Below, piece after piece: positions 44,246 to 54,080 of a stretch of 56,252 bases of DNA. The notes below the pieces were generated by a model, which did not search any database, had not been told where the DNA came from, and was given only the letters and a program-made list of their open reading frames with translations. The translations under genes and the position numbers were made by a program. The DNA comes from SAR324 cluster bacterium (GTDB lineage Bacteria; SAR324; NAC60-12). The stretch spans positions 1 through 56,252 of the forward strand of contig JANQHV010000411.1 in the NCBI GenBank assembly GCA_028282505.1, in the 5' to 3' direction. Numbering within the stretch: the stretch's first letter is position 1; every line of letters starts with the position of its first letter.

Positions 44246-44917
44246 TCAATTCTTTTTATAAGGTTTGCCATATTTGTTGAGGTGAGAACTGGGCAGACGC
44301 AACACCTGTATCTCAAAATTATGGGTTTCCTGGGAATTAGGGGCGGTTGTTATTTTTTTAGAAGTGAGCTTGGTGCCTTCTACCCAAACCCGCAATTTGT
44401 AGTTGCCTGCGGGGATTCCTGTGATCCTATAGTTTCCATCCGTTTTGGTGAGAGCATACTTGTTGTTTTTGAGCACCAATAAATTGGAGATCATTTGTGG
44501 ATGGATATTGCAGAAAATTTTAACCAACCCTGGTTTATCAAAAACTATGGATTTTTCGACAGGTGCTTTGAACAACCCCAAATCAAACTTTTTTGCTTTG
44601 GACAGTGAGAAAACATTGTGATTGAAAGGGTCCTGGTTTCTAAAAACAACAGTATCCCCCTTCGTAAGCGGGAGGACTCTTTGAGAGAAAGTTTTATTGA
44701 CCTGATCGTGGTGCAGTGGTTTTTTCTTAGTACTCGACTCTTCTAAACCTGTAATAAAGACAACCGCATTTTCATTGCTGGGAGCGAGCCTCCAGTCCTC
44801 TTCATTGGAAGTGCGTTCCCAAATGGTAATTTTACCGTTTATTTCTCCTGCAAACAAAGTTGCTGTTATCAGCATGGATGCAATGCATGGCAGAAGAGAT
44901 TTCAGATTGAACATCAT
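44246..44917 (-). CDS. Secreted cupredoxin-like plus carboxypeptidase-regulatory-like domain protein
   Basis: ..GDTVVFRNQDPFNHNVFS...FDLG...IFCNIHPQM.. is cupredoxin-like. ..TDGNYRITGIPAGNYKLRVW.. is CarboxypepD_reg-like. Confidence 0.45.
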   Translation of the reverse strand: MMFNLKSLLPCIASMLITATLFAGEINGKITIWERTSNEEDWRLAPSNENAVVFITGLEESSTKKKPLHHDQVNKTFSQRVLPLTKGDTVVFRNQDPFNHNVFSLSKAKKFDLGLFKAPVEKSIVFDKPGLVKIFCNIHPQMISNLLVLKNNKYALTKTDGNYRITGIPAGNYKLRVWVEGTKLTSKKITTAPNSQETHNFEIQVLRLPSSHLNKYGKPYKKN

Positions 44918-44994
44918 AAAGAATTCCCATTCAAATCTTTTGTACCGTATTATTGGTGTATAACGATTTCTTCATCAAAAGGCAATTTAATCAG

Positions 44995-45056
44995 AAAAAT
45001 GAGGGGACATAATACTAATTTAAAAATATAAATTAGTATTATGTCCCCTCATTTTT
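44995..45056 (-). terminator. Perfect 28-bp-stem hairpin with flanking A/T runs (probable bidirectional terminator)
   Basis: aaaaatgaggggacataatactaattta (44995-45022) is the exact reverse complement of 45029-45056. The loop is 6 nt. It lies 28 nt downstream of the stop of the 45085-46317 gene. Confidence 0.6.
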
Positions 45057-45084
45057 CTCCCCTTATTTTACCAACAGCAGTACG

Positions 45085-46317
45085 TTAGAAATGATATAAT
45101 AACTCTAGTGATGTAATTAAGTCAACACTCAATGGTTTTTGGCTCTTGATTCCGTTAAATTCTTCTTCCACGATAAATACACGCCACTCTCCTGCAGCAC
45201 TGAATTCCAGTGTTTCTCCCAGGTAACTCACACGCAGCAAACCTCCTGAAAAAAAAATAGGAGCTGAGCGGGCAAAAAGGGTGGTTACTTCCTCAGTGCT
45301 GCCTGCAGCAAGGAGCTCATTCACCCGTTCATTGCTTTCTCCAATGCTGATATTGCCATGACCAAATTTTAAATATCCACTAGCGTCGAACCCTTCTTCT
45401 GTGCTTTTGAACCATTCTACCATCAAGCCAACTGCGGAAAATCGAGGAAAAATGATCACGGCATCAACGGTGGAGGTGACTCCATCATCTGTAACCATAG
45501 CAGACTGGGCCAGAGGCAGGAAAATCGGTTTTTGGAAATTCAACTCAAAATAGCCAAAAAAGCCAACAGGAATTTCTGTGCCTGGGATATTAAAATTAGC
45601 AATACCAGTCATCCTGTCTTCAAAACTGGTTTCAAGATGGATTTTAACCCCCTCTTCGATCAAGGCTTCGGCAGCAGAAAAGCTGATAAACAACGTGTCT
45701 TTGCTTGGAGTTACCTGGGACACAAAGTTTTCTTCACTGAAGCGAAATACCAAATCTAATAACTCTGGTAAATTCAATAATTTGATTTGGGAGGAAAGCC
45801 GAGAAGCCTGAGTTGTTTCGCTGGTCAGGTTACTCTCCACATTATTTTGCTCACTGCTTTCTTCCACTCGGCTGACAAATGGATTCAACCGGGCTGGATC
45901 AAATCCTTCGGTCAGGTCCAGATGCAAATTATCAATATAGTCCTGTCCTCCCAGTTCTATCGACACAATAGCAACGGGTTCAGTGGAAACCTCATCTAAC
46001 GTTTCGTCGGCATTTTCTCCAGAAGGTTCACTGACCAGCCCAGTGAATTCACCAGCACCAGCCACATCGCCAAGCACGGAGGAAGTGACTTCCGTAAAAG
46101 GGGACCAATATTGAAAGGTCACTCCAACTGAAAAATAAGCTTCGCCCGCAGGTGGGCCAGCAGGAACTTGTCCTTCCTGTGACACTTCATCTGCGAGAAT
46201 TTCTTCAGGAACCTCTGTGTCTTCCACACTGTCCACTGCTTGTTCTCCGGTGTCCTCTTGCCCATGACACAAGGAGGGCAAAGAAAAAAAGAAAAAATAC
46301 AGGAGAATCAAAGTCAT
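45085..46317 (-). CDS. Secreted acidic hypothetical protein
   Basis: I used the internal Met with signal peptide MTLILLYFFFFSLPSLCHG. An E/D/V-rich N-terminal region is followed by a beta-rich C-terminal half. No family recognised. Confidence 0.45.
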   Translation of the reverse strand: MTLILLYFFFFSLPSLCHGQEDTGEQAVDSVEDTEVPEEILADEVSQEGQVPAGPPAGEAYFSVGVTFQYWSPFTEVTSSVLGDVAGAGEFTGLVSEPSGENADETLDEVSTEPVAIVSIELGGQDYIDNLHLDLTEGFDPARLNPFVSRVEESSEQNNVESNLTSETTQASRLSSQIKLLNLPELLDLVFRFSEENFVSQVTPSKDTLFISFSAAEALIEEGVKIHLETSFEDRMTGIANFNIPGTEIPVGFFGYFELNFQKPIFLPLAQSAMVTDDGVTSTVDAVIIFPRFSAVGLMVEWFKSTEEGFDASGYLKFGHGNISIGESNERVNELLAAGSTEEVTTLFARSAPIFFSGGLLRVSYLGETLEFSAAGEWRVFIVEEEFNGIKSQKPLSVDLITSLELLYHF

Positions 46318-46532
46318 TCCTGCTACAATTCGCAGTCCTGAAATAGTGTTATTATTGATTGGGATGGCCACGAAAACACACAAAGCTGGAAAATTTGATT
46401 AATAGAATTGATTTATTCACACACTCAATGAGTGGTGGGTGAGGGCATTGGTTCAATAATACGCAGAATTACCAGGTACCTTCAGACAGCTTTTCATCAT
46501 CAGTTATTGATTCCATCAACCCTGCGATATTT

Positions 46533-47780
46533 ATGTCCCATTTTACTGTGAATCGCAATAGTAACCTGCATTATGGCTGGTTTATCGTGCTTGCAGGAAT
46601 GCTGTGTTTGTTTGGCTGCATTGGCTTGGGACGGTTTGCGCTTGGTATGCTGCTTCCTGCTATGGGAACTGCATTGAATCTATCTTATTCACAAATGGGG
46701 TTAATCAGCACTTCTAATTTTATTGGCTACCTCCTCTCGGTTTTGCTGTGTGGGCCCCTTGCTATCCGGTTTGGAATTCGAAAATTGATCTTTGTCGCCC
46801 TTTTACTGGTTGGGGTGTCCATGATGATAATTGGTATGACCAGCAATCTTTATACAATCATTCTATTGTATTTATTGACAGGGATGGGAAGTGGAGCTGC
46901 CAATGTTCCCATGATGAGCCTTGTTTCTCAATGGTTCGTCAACCAACAAAGGGGAAAAGCGGCAGGATTTATTGTTTCTGGCAGTGGGTTTGCCATTCTT
47001 TTTTCTGGCAAATTGATACCTGTTTTGAACCAATGGAGTGCCTATGGATGGCGTCTCAGTTGGTTTTGTCTGGGGCTTGTGGTCCTGGCAATTGCAGTAG
47101 TGTGTGTGTTGGTCTTGCGCAATCATCCAAAAGAATTGGGTTTATCTCCCGTAGGCAGCAAAAAAATGTCAGATGTTCCTAAGGTATCTTTAAATGCTGC
47201 TTCCGTTCCAATAGAAAATAAAGGTTTTCCCACCATTATTTATCACTGTGCCGCTATTTATTTTTTATTTGGTTATACTTATGTGATATATGCGACCTTT
47301 ATTGTCACCACAATGATTCAAGAACATGGATTTTCTGAGGCTGCGGCAGGCAACTTGTGGTCTTGGGTGGGAGTTTTGAGCTTGTTTTCTGGACCTGTAT
47401 TGGGAACTTTCTCGGATAAACTGGGGAGAAAGACGGGCCTAATCCTTGTCTTTTCTATTCAAACGCTTGCCTATTTGCTGGTAGCACTCCCACTGCCCAG
47501 TATTTTTTTATACCTGTCGATTGGTTGTTATGGTGTGGTTGCCTGGAGTATTCCCACTATCATAACGGCATTAATCAGTGATTATGTGGGGCCCGGTAAA
47601 GTAGTCAAAGTATTCGGTTTGGTGACCTTTATTTTTGCCATCGGACAAATTGCGGGTCCCTATCTGGCAGGAGCGCTGGCAGAACAAACAGGAAATTTCT
47701 CCAGTAGCTTTTTGATGTCTGCTGTTATGACTGGAATTGCTGCGATCCTGTCTATTCTTTTAAAAGAAAAATTACGATAA
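46533..47780 (+). CDS. MFS transporter (YbfB/YjiJ-like)
   Basis: 415 aa with about 12 predicted TM segments. ..GPLAIRFGIRK.. loop motif between TM2 and TM3. Confidence 0.75.
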   Translation: MSHFTVNRNSNLHYGWFIVLAGMLCLFGCIGLGRFALGMLLPAMGTALNLSYSQMGLISTSNFIGYLLSVLLCGPLAIRFGIRKLIFVALLLVGVSMMIIGMTSNLYTIILLYLLTGMGSGAANVPMMSLVSQWFVNQQRGKAAGFIVSGSGFAILFSGKLIPVLNQWSAYGWRLSWFCLGLVVLAIAVVCVLVLRNHPKELGLSPVGSKKMSDVPKVSLNAASVPIENKGFPTIIYHCAAIYFLFGYTYVIYATFIVTTMIQEHGFSEAAAGNLWSWVGVLSLFSGPVLGTFSDKLGRKTGLILVFSIQTLAYLLVALPLPSIFLYLSIGCYGVVAWSIPTIITALISDYVGPGKVVKVFGLVTFIFAIGQIAGPYLAGALAEQTGNFSSSFLMSAVMTGIAAILSILLKEKLR

Positions 47781-47902
47781 TGAACAAGTATTCCATAATG
47801 GACGCTATTGCCAGTGAACTGAATATTAGTCGCCAAGCTCTTATTAAAACCTATGTCTGTCAATCCCTGGATAAGCACTATCTGGCCCGTGCAGCAAACC
47901 AC
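47780..47902 (+). CDS. Possible 40-aa ORF translationally coupled to the MFS gene
   Basis: The ATG overlaps the MFS stop (TAATG). MNKYSIMDAIASELNISRQALIKTYVCQSLDKHYL.. resembles the C-terminal helix region of small DNA-binding antitoxin-like proteins. Support is weak. Confidence 0.2.
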
Positions 47903-47920
47903 TAGTCAGGGTTATAACCT

Positions 47921-48379
47921 TCAGATTTGTTTACCCAGTTGTGATCCCCCCTTAAAATCAATGAATTTGGGGGCAAAAGTGAACTGGATTTTGTCTTTAT
48001 GCACAAATTCTCCCTCATGTGACTGTAAAACAGAATAATCGACACTAATCCTCAACTTCAAAACTTCTTTGGAACGAACGGTTTCCTGGTGCCTGAACCG
48101 GGCTTTCTGGGCAGGTTCTCCAGATGGTTTCAAAATAATCAAATCTCCCTGGAAATGGCTGATATCTTGATTCGTATGGTTTGTAAATCCAAGATCAAAG
48201 ATCAACACACTCCCCTTGTTTTGACTGGCAAACGTGCTGGAATATACTTGAACCGTCAACGATTGCTGCAATTGTTGTTCGGTTGTTTGCCGTTGAGGAG
48301 AGCATCCTACTAAAAAAATCGGAGTGATTAGCACAATAAAAATGACTGCAAATAGGTAAAATTTCTGCTGATTTTTCAT
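47921..48379 (-). CDS. Lipoprotein of unknown function
   Basis: I used the internal Met MKNQQKFYLFAVIFIVLITPIFLVGC (lipobox). The mature part is beta-rich. Confidence 0.45.
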   Translation of the reverse strand: MKNQQKFYLFAVIFIVLITPIFLVGCSPQRQTTEQQLQQSLTVQVYSSTFASQNKGSVLIFDLGFTNHTNQDISHFQGDLIILKPSGEPAQKARFRHQETVRSKEVLKLRISVDYSVLQSHEGEFVHKDKIQFTFAPKFIDFKGGSQLGKQI

Positions 48380-48423
48380 AAAAAACTCGTTTGGGCTATA
48401 GAAAAATAAAAGAAACTCAACAC

Positions 48424-49143
48424 TCACAAGAAGTTGTTGAACCATTGGATCAATTCCTCCCAGCAGCGTTCCCAGTCTTCAGGAAGCATAAAATGCTCCG
48501 AATCTGGATACTCAATGTACTTTTGGCGTTCTGGTGCTGTTTGATAGTGATCCTCCAGTTGTTGATGAAATTCTCTTGCAAAGGAAGGAGGAACAATGGT
48601 GTCTCTTCCAGCAGTTTGGGAAAGTAAGGCCACTGGAAAAAATCGATGAATGTGATGATGTGGACTTTCTGGATGCTCGATTCTCCATTTTGGAGAACCT
48701 AAAATAACAGCAACTACGGTGAATCGGGGTTCTTCTAATAAAGCCGAATAGGTGATGAATCCTCCCAGAGAAACTCCAGCAATCCCTAGTTTTTTTAACT
48801 GAATCTGCTTCTTTGTTTCTAAGGCGACTATGATTTGGGGTACTTCTTTTTTGGTTTGGAGAATGACCTCCAGGAATTCCTGATCTCTTTGGGGATTGTT
48901 TGCTGAAAAGCGTTCATCAAAATTAGGATACCGTCGTTCGCCGTGTCCCACGTTGTCAATAGCAACTACCAAAAATCCATTTGCAGCGAGGAGACGAAGT
49001 TCCGGGATATGTTCCTCTTTGGATGCACCCAAGCCATGAAAAAAGAAAATACAACCTCGATCTACTGCTTTTTCAAATGGAGACTGGTACATCAAAAGTA
49101 CAGGGGCTGAGGCTAAAGAATCTGATTCCTGGATAATTTTCAT
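48424..49143 (-). CDS. Alpha/beta-hydrolase (dienelactone hydrolase / S9-like)
   Basis: ..FFHGLG.., nucleophile elbow GVSLGG, and C-terminal ..EYPDSEHF... Confidence 0.65.
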   Translation of the reverse strand: MKIIQESDSLASAPVLLMYQSPFEKAVDRGCIFFFHGLGASKEEHIPELRLLAANGFLVVAIDNVGHGERRYPNFDERFSANNPQRDQEFLEVILQTKKEVPQIIVALETKKQIQLKKLGIAGVSLGGFITYSALLEEPRFTVVAVILGSPKWRIEHPESPHHHIHRFFPVALLSQTAGRDTIVPPSFAREFHQQLEDHYQTAPERQKYIEYPDSEHFMLPEDWERCWEELIQWFNNFL

Positions 49144-49170
49144 ACTATTGATTGAATGGCCTGTTGATCA

Positions 49171-49608
49171 TTACTGGGAAAGGTGTGAAATTTCTTTTTT
49201 AATAAGATTTTTGATTTGGTGCTTTTGGTTAGATGAATAAGAATGCCAATTGGCTCGGATTTGCTCAAAAAATTGTTCCAATCTCTGACCTGGTTCAAAG
49301 TCACAATATCGAATTTCTAAAGATTTTTCCTGAAGGTGGAAGAGGAATTCATAGTTCTGAGATTGGACATGAAATTTGAGATTTCCCCCACCAGAGAAAA
49401 GAATCCAGCTTTCTTCTTCACGAATGGGTGGTGCATCAAAGGCAGTTCCATAATTTTCATCCCAGTTGACACTACCTATTTTAAATTCTTGAAATCCTTC
49501 TGGCAAGTGTACCACCAGCCGTAATTGAGCATCATTTCCTGTAAATTGATAAAATGAGTTGGCTTGCCACTGATTGAAGGTGCCTCTTAAGAAAAATGCT
49601 GGTCTCAT
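49171..49608 (-). CDS. Small protein with a carbohydrate-binding-module-like N-domain
   Basis: FLRGTFNQWQ...FKIGSVNWDENYG resembles starch/glycogen-binding E-set modules. Support is weak. Confidence 0.3.
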   Translation of the reverse strand: MRPAFFLRGTFNQWQANSFYQFTGNDAQLRLVVHLPEGFQEFKIGSVNWDENYGTAFDAPPIREEESWILFSGGGNLKFHVQSQNYEFLFHLQEKSLEIRYCDFEPGQRLEQFFEQIRANWHSYSSNQKHQIKNLIKKEISHLSQ

Positions 49609-49903
49609 GAGCCCCCTCTATCAATACCAGTGAAGTACTTCATGTTTATCCAATCGCTTCAGAAAAAGTCGTAAAACTATGAGAAAAATTTAAAAATACG
49701 AGTTTTTGAAGGCACATGCAAACGAAAAGGTGCTTGGTGTGCGGCAAGAAAAGATCACATTTGGATGTGCTATTTTTTATGTGTTATGTTATCTTTTCTA
49801 AGTAATCATTCAAAATTTTATTGTTTTCTTTTTTGTTCTCACTACAATAAGAGGTTGAGAAAAACCTAAAAATGGATCTCATTTTTGATTATGAAATAAG
49901 GCA

Positions 49904-51133
49904 ATGTCAGTATCGACACAAGCATCTTCTTCGATTAAAGAATTAAAATCTGATGACATATCTCAACTGGATCCCAGCAAAGGGTTGCCTCTTTCTGTTG
50001 TGCGAATGGATGATTTGTCGAGTATTCCCGGTTTATTGCCTCACTGGAAGGGAGAAGTTGAGAAACGGAAAAAAGAAATTCTGGCACTGCAGAATGTCAG
50101 CTTTCTCAAACGAGCAAAGCAGCTCTTAAAATCGGGCAATAGCTCTGACACGGTCACTGGGATGGAACTATTGCGTATTCTGGACGCAAACAGTAAAGAA
50201 AATAAATCCACAAAAGCCCTTCAAGCTGACCCTCTCAACTGTGATGAGCGGGCTCATTTGATTTCATACATCATGAAACGGACAACGAGTATGGGCAAAG
50301 AGATCAACCTCTTGGACATGCGTGCCTTGTTGTTGCAGGCATTCGTTGCCAACTCATTTGGAGAACGCTCACTCAACAGTCTTTTAGCATTATACCAAGC
50401 CCATGTCTCTTATCTGGAATTAGCCGTCAAGCGTAATGAAATTACTATTTCTGAATTGAAAACAAAGAACCATCCAAGAGAGATACAACAAAAAGCACAA
50501 TTGAACAAAAACATGCTGTCTGTGTATCGGAATTTCATTATACGCAGAATACAAAAACTCATCCCTCAAATCAAGCAACTGCATTTAGACAATAACCGTC
50601 TCAAAAAATTTGACAATAATCAGGAAAACGCAGCACAGAAAAAAACCATCATGCTGCGTTCCGCGTATTATGCGGTTTGTATCATGCGGTGTTTTCCGAT
50701 GTTGAAAAATGAAACGATGGAAATTGTGGATCTGGTCGTGAAGCTGGACCAATCAGATCCATTAGGCTGGTTTCTGAAAGGGCATGTTCTGGCCGCAGAA
50801 GGAGAATTGAAATTTGATCAAGATCGAGCAGGTTTCCGTTCTCAAAATATTAAAGGAGAGATGGTGCGCTCCATTAAAGAAAGTTTAGAAAATTATGGCC
50901 AGGCGCTGACTAAAATTCCGGGAAACCGTTATGAAGGCTTGAACTACAATATTTTGGCAGAATATATTAATTTTCTTATCTTCGTTTGCAAATTTATTCA
51001 GGCTCCCATCGCCTGGAAAAAAACGTACCTCAACAAAGCGATAGGCACCCTGGAACGTTCCGATTCCAAAAATGGTGAGAAAATCATCGTCATGCAAAAT
51101 CGCGTTCAAACGGTTTTAGATAATCTGTATTGA
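49904..51133 (+). CDS. All-alpha hypothetical protein
   Basis: 409-aa ORF with no recognised motif. The STAS gene starts 30 nt downstream of its stop. Confidence 0.45.
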   Translation: MSVSTQASSSIKELKSDDISQLDPSKGLPLSVVRMDDLSSIPGLLPHWKGEVEKRKKEILALQNVSFLKRAKQLLKSGNSSDTVTGMELLRILDANSKENKSTKALQADPLNCDERAHLISYIMKRTTSMGKEINLLDMRALLLQAFVANSFGERSLNSLLALYQAHVSYLELAVKRNEITISELKTKNHPREIQQKAQLNKNMLSVYRNFIIRRIQKLIPQIKQLHLDNNRLKKFDNNQENAAQKKTIMLRSAYYAVCIMRCFPMLKNETMEIVDLVVKLDQSDPLGWFLKGHVLAAEGELKFDQDRAGFRSQNIKGEMVRSIKESLENYGQALTKIPGNRYEGLNYNILAEYINFLIFVCKFIQAPIAWKKTYLNKAIGTLERSDSKNGEKIIVMQNRVQTVLDNLY

Positions 51134-51162
51134 GAACTGGATCTCTTTTGAATGGATTCTTC

Positions 51163-51504
51163 ATGAAGCCAATACACCGCATCGAGAATAATGTTGGTAT
51201 TGTGTCAATTGGAAACGATTCCACTGCAAAAGAAGTCAATATCATTGTTGAACCTTTGTTGAGGGATGCCAGCCTCAAAGGATTAGTCCTCAATCTGGCA
51301 GAAATGACCTGGATTAATTCTTCCATAGTCGGTGTGATTGTAGATGCTTTTTTAGAGTTGAAAAAGCATCAAAAAAAATTACTGTTGTGCCAGCTGAGTC
51401 AAAAAGTTCACAATACTTTTACACTGATCCGTCTGGATGCCACCATTGGGATTTGTGAGACAGAACAGGAGGCATTGGCGAGTTTACAATCAGAGCTGGA
51501 ATAA
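51163..51504 (+). CDS. STAS-domain protein (anti-sigma-factor-antagonist-like)
   Basis: ..VGIVSIGNDSTAKEVNIIVEPLL...GLVLNLAEMTWINSSIVGVIVDAFLELKK..KKLLLCQLS.KV..TF.LIRLD.. fits the SpoIIAA/STAS layout. I used the ATG at MKPIH as the start. Confidence 0.65.
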   Translation: MKPIHRIENNVGIVSIGNDSTAKEVNIIVEPLLRDASLKGLVLNLAEMTWINSSIVGVIVDAFLELKKHQKKLLLCQLSQKVHNTFTLIRLDATIGICETEQEALASLQSELE

Positions 51505-51750
51505 TAAGGAACGTAAAAATTGTACCCCAAGGAGCACAATCAAAACAGACCAGTCCATTCCCATAATTGGAGGAATAACACGACGTACTGGTGCTAAAAC
51601 GGGTTCTGTGATTCGATGTAAGAATTGCACGATTTTGTTGTAAGGATCAGGATTGACCCAGGAGATCAAAGCACGTGCGATCAAAATGAATGTATATAAA
51701 TCAAGAATTGCTGTAAGGACTTCAATGAGTGCGTAAGGGACGTTAGACAT
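51490..51750 (-). CDS. yggT: YggT-family membrane protein
   Basis: ..ILDLYTFILIARALISWVNPDPYN.IVQFLHRITEPVLAPVRR.IP..GMDWS... Confidence 0.8.
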   Translation of the reverse strand: MSNVPYALIEVLTAILDLYTFILIARALISWVNPDPYNKIVQFLHRITEPVLAPVRRVIPPIMGMDWSVLIVLLGVQFLRSLLFQL

Positions 51751-51767
51751 ATTAATGAGCTCCGAGT

Positions 51768-52622
51768 TTATTCAGATTGTGAATGTTTTTGCGCTTCCAG
51801 TGCCGCATATTCAATTGCATGAGCAATGATACCACGAATTCCTGCTTCTTCCAAACTCATCAATCCTGAAAGAGGAACCCCTTTTTTTTCAATGGAATGA
51901 TCCCGTAAAATTCCAGGATGTGTTTCCGATTCTAAAAAAGTTCGAGTGGCTCCAAAAAGAGCATGGGCGGCCAGGAGTAGCCCTGTTTTCCGTGGAACTC
52001 CCATTTTGAGTACACCATCTGCCAGTGCGTCAATGATGGTATACCCAATGGCGGGGCCTGTACTGATCAATCCATGCACTGCTTCTAACTGAGATTCAGA
52101 TTCTACTTGAAAATGGACTGGCAATCCATCCAGCACTTGGAGAAACATCGACAATTCTTCTTTTGTGACCAGTTCGGAAGGTGTGAAGACCAAGGAGATA
52201 TCTACAAAACGCTGGATGGGACTGGCCAAACAGCGAATCATTTTCCGTTCATTGATTTGTTGGGTCACTTTGTTGAAAGAAACATCTGCCCCTAGCAATA
52301 CCAGAATATGTGCATCAGAGACCAGTAAACGGATACGGGGAAATAGTGGTTTGAGTTCGTCATAGGAGGCCTCTAAAAAAATGAGATTGCTTTGCTGAAA
52401 CAATTGATCCAGGTCGACCAGTGTTTTCCAGTCGCCAGCTTCTGTTGGTGGAGAACCGAGAGGATAAATTTTTCCAGTTTTGGAGAAGGAAGAATTTCTA
52501 CTTTGCAAGTAAAGACATAAACCCTGACCAAACACTCCCCAACCAATAAACCCTAAACGAATGTCTTGTTGTGGCACCGTTTCTTCTCTTTTCAATTCAA
52601 CGACGTTCTCCAAAAATGGCAC
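51768..52622 (-). CDS. Divergent pyrroline-5-carboxylate reductase-like protein
   Basis: Rossmann-like ..LGFIGWGVFGQG.. and ..STGPAIGYTIIDALADG..HPGILRDHS... Gene order yggS-proC-yggT is conserved in many bacteria. The SPGGTT-type motif is not conserved here. Confidence 0.55.
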   Translation of the reverse strand: MPFLENVVELKREETVPQQDIRLGFIGWGVFGQGLCLYLQSRNSSFSKTGKIYPLGSPPTEAGDWKTLVDLDQLFQQSNLIFLEASYDELKPLFPRIRLLVSDAHILVLLGADVSFNKVTQQINERKMIRCLASPIQRFVDISLVFTPSELVTKEELSMFLQVLDGLPVHFQVESESQLEAVHGLISTGPAIGYTIIDALADGVLKMGVPRKTGLLLAAHALFGATRTFLESETHPGILRDHSIEKKGVPLSGLMSLEEAGIRGIIAHAIEYAALEAQKHSQSE

Positions 52623-53298
52623 TCCCGATTCGAATTAATGTAGCTCCTTCTTCAATGGCCCAGCCATAGTCAGACGACATGCCCATTGATAATTCTGTAC
52701 AATCTTTTTGATTACCAAACTCCTGCACCAGTTTTTCTTTCCACTGATACAATGTTGAAAAAGTGCGACGAATTTCTGTTTCACCAGCCTTGGGAGCCGC
52801 AATAGTCATTAAACCTTTCCATTCCAGCCACTGACAAGATAAAAGATTTTCGGCAAGATGACGGAGCGCTTCCCATTCCCATACACCGCCTTTGGTTGAT
52901 TCCTTGGAGAGATTGACCTGAACCAAAGCCTTCATTTTTTGCTGCGTATTTGCGCATCTTTTTTCCAGCATTTGTACCAGTTCAGCCGAGTCAACCGAGT
53001 GAATCCATTGGAATTTTCCTGGACAGTAGCGTGCTTTGTTCTTTTGGAGATGACCAATGAAGTGCCATTCCAGAGAAGCAGGCAGGGCGGGTATTTTTTT
53101 CAAAGCTTCTTGCATCCGATTTTCTCCAAAAATCACTTGCCCAGCACCAACTGCCTGTTCAATGGTGGAAACCGGATGTGTTTTGGAAACAGCAACCACC
53201 TGGATTTCTTCAGGAGTTCTTCCTGATTTATGAGCAGCTTGTAGGATATTTTCTTGGAGAATGGTTAAACTATTCTGGATTTGTTCTTGAGTCTGCAT
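52597..53298 (-). CDS. yggS: YggS-family pyridoxal-phosphate homeostasis protein
   Basis: ..VVAVSKTHP...FGENRMQEA..K....WHFIGHLQKNKA...HSVDS... Confidence 0.85.
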   Translation of the reverse strand: MQTQEQIQNSLTILQENILQAAHKSGRTPEEIQVVAVSKTHPVSTIEQAVGAGQVIFGENRMQEALKKIPALPASLEWHFIGHLQKNKARYCPGKFQWIHSVDSAELVQMLEKRCANTQQKMKALVQVNLSKESTKGGVWEWEALRHLAENLLSCQWLEWKGLMTIAAPKAGETEIRRTFSTLYQWKEKLVQEFGNQKDCTELSMGMSSDYGWAIEEGATLIRIGSAIFGERR

Positions 53299-53328
53299 GA
53301 ATGGAGTGATTTCTTTAAGAATTCAATA

Positions 53329-53943
53329 TCATTTTGTATCATCAACGGCTTTCCATAAGCCCAGTTTATTTTGTTGAGCATATTGCTCTGCAGCCACAAA
53401 ATCTTGATGAAATGGAGATTCTCCCTGTTCAATCAAATAAAAAGACCAGCCGTTGCGAACCAGCCAGGTATTGATATTCACATCTCCCGTCCATAGCATT
53501 CCTTCCAGACGGTATACTCTTTCCAGAAGCTTATAACTGACACGGACTCGACGATTGTGAAAGCTCTTTCCTATCTCATAAGCCACCTTTTTTTTAAACC
53601 AGTCGTTGTATTTTTTACCACGACTGATCGAGCGTTTGGGAGAAACATAACGAAGCCAGATGCGCACCTCTTGACGGTCTACATCTAAATTACTTTTGGA
53701 TAATTTGTAGGTCCAGCGAATAAAATCCCTCTTATTTTCAAGGTGTACCCAAATGCTTTCTGAATCAGTGATGCGGCTGACCACCCCTTCAAACGACTTA
53801 TCCAGTTGATTGTATTTTTTGGATTTATCAGCCCGGGCAGACAGCTTACCACGAATCGATTCGGTACTGAAAAAGCCTTGACTCCATCCAACGTGTGGAG
53901 CAAGCAGGCCGGTGAATAAGAGAATGAGCAGAAAACGCATCAT
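53329..53943 (-). CDS. Secreted SNase-like (thermonuclease-fold) protein, catalytic motif apparently degenerate
   Basis: Signal peptide, then ..VVSRITDSESIWV.. and ..NTWLVRNGWSF...AAEQYAQQNKLGLW. The usual RL.GID.PE stretch reads RIWLRYVSPKR. Confidence 0.5.
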   Translation of the reverse strand: MMRFLLILLFTGLLAPHVGWSQGFFSTESIRGKLSARADKSKKYNQLDKSFEGVVSRITDSESIWVHLENKRDFIRWTYKLSKSNLDVDRQEVRIWLRYVSPKRSISRGKKYNDWFKKKVAYEIGKSFHNRRVRVSYKLLERVYRLEGMLWTGDVNINTWLVRNGWSFYLIEQGESPFHQDFVAAEQYAQQNKLGLWKAVDDTK

Positions 53944-54080
53944 AGATTATACCCAGATAAACTCAAACAAAGATGATTTTGTTACCTTCATCAAGTAGCA
54001 CACGTCAGGTGTGTTGACAAGGCGAACTCAATGGGAAGCATTCTTTGAAGAATAGACACCCTGTTTGCAAAGAAGGTTCG

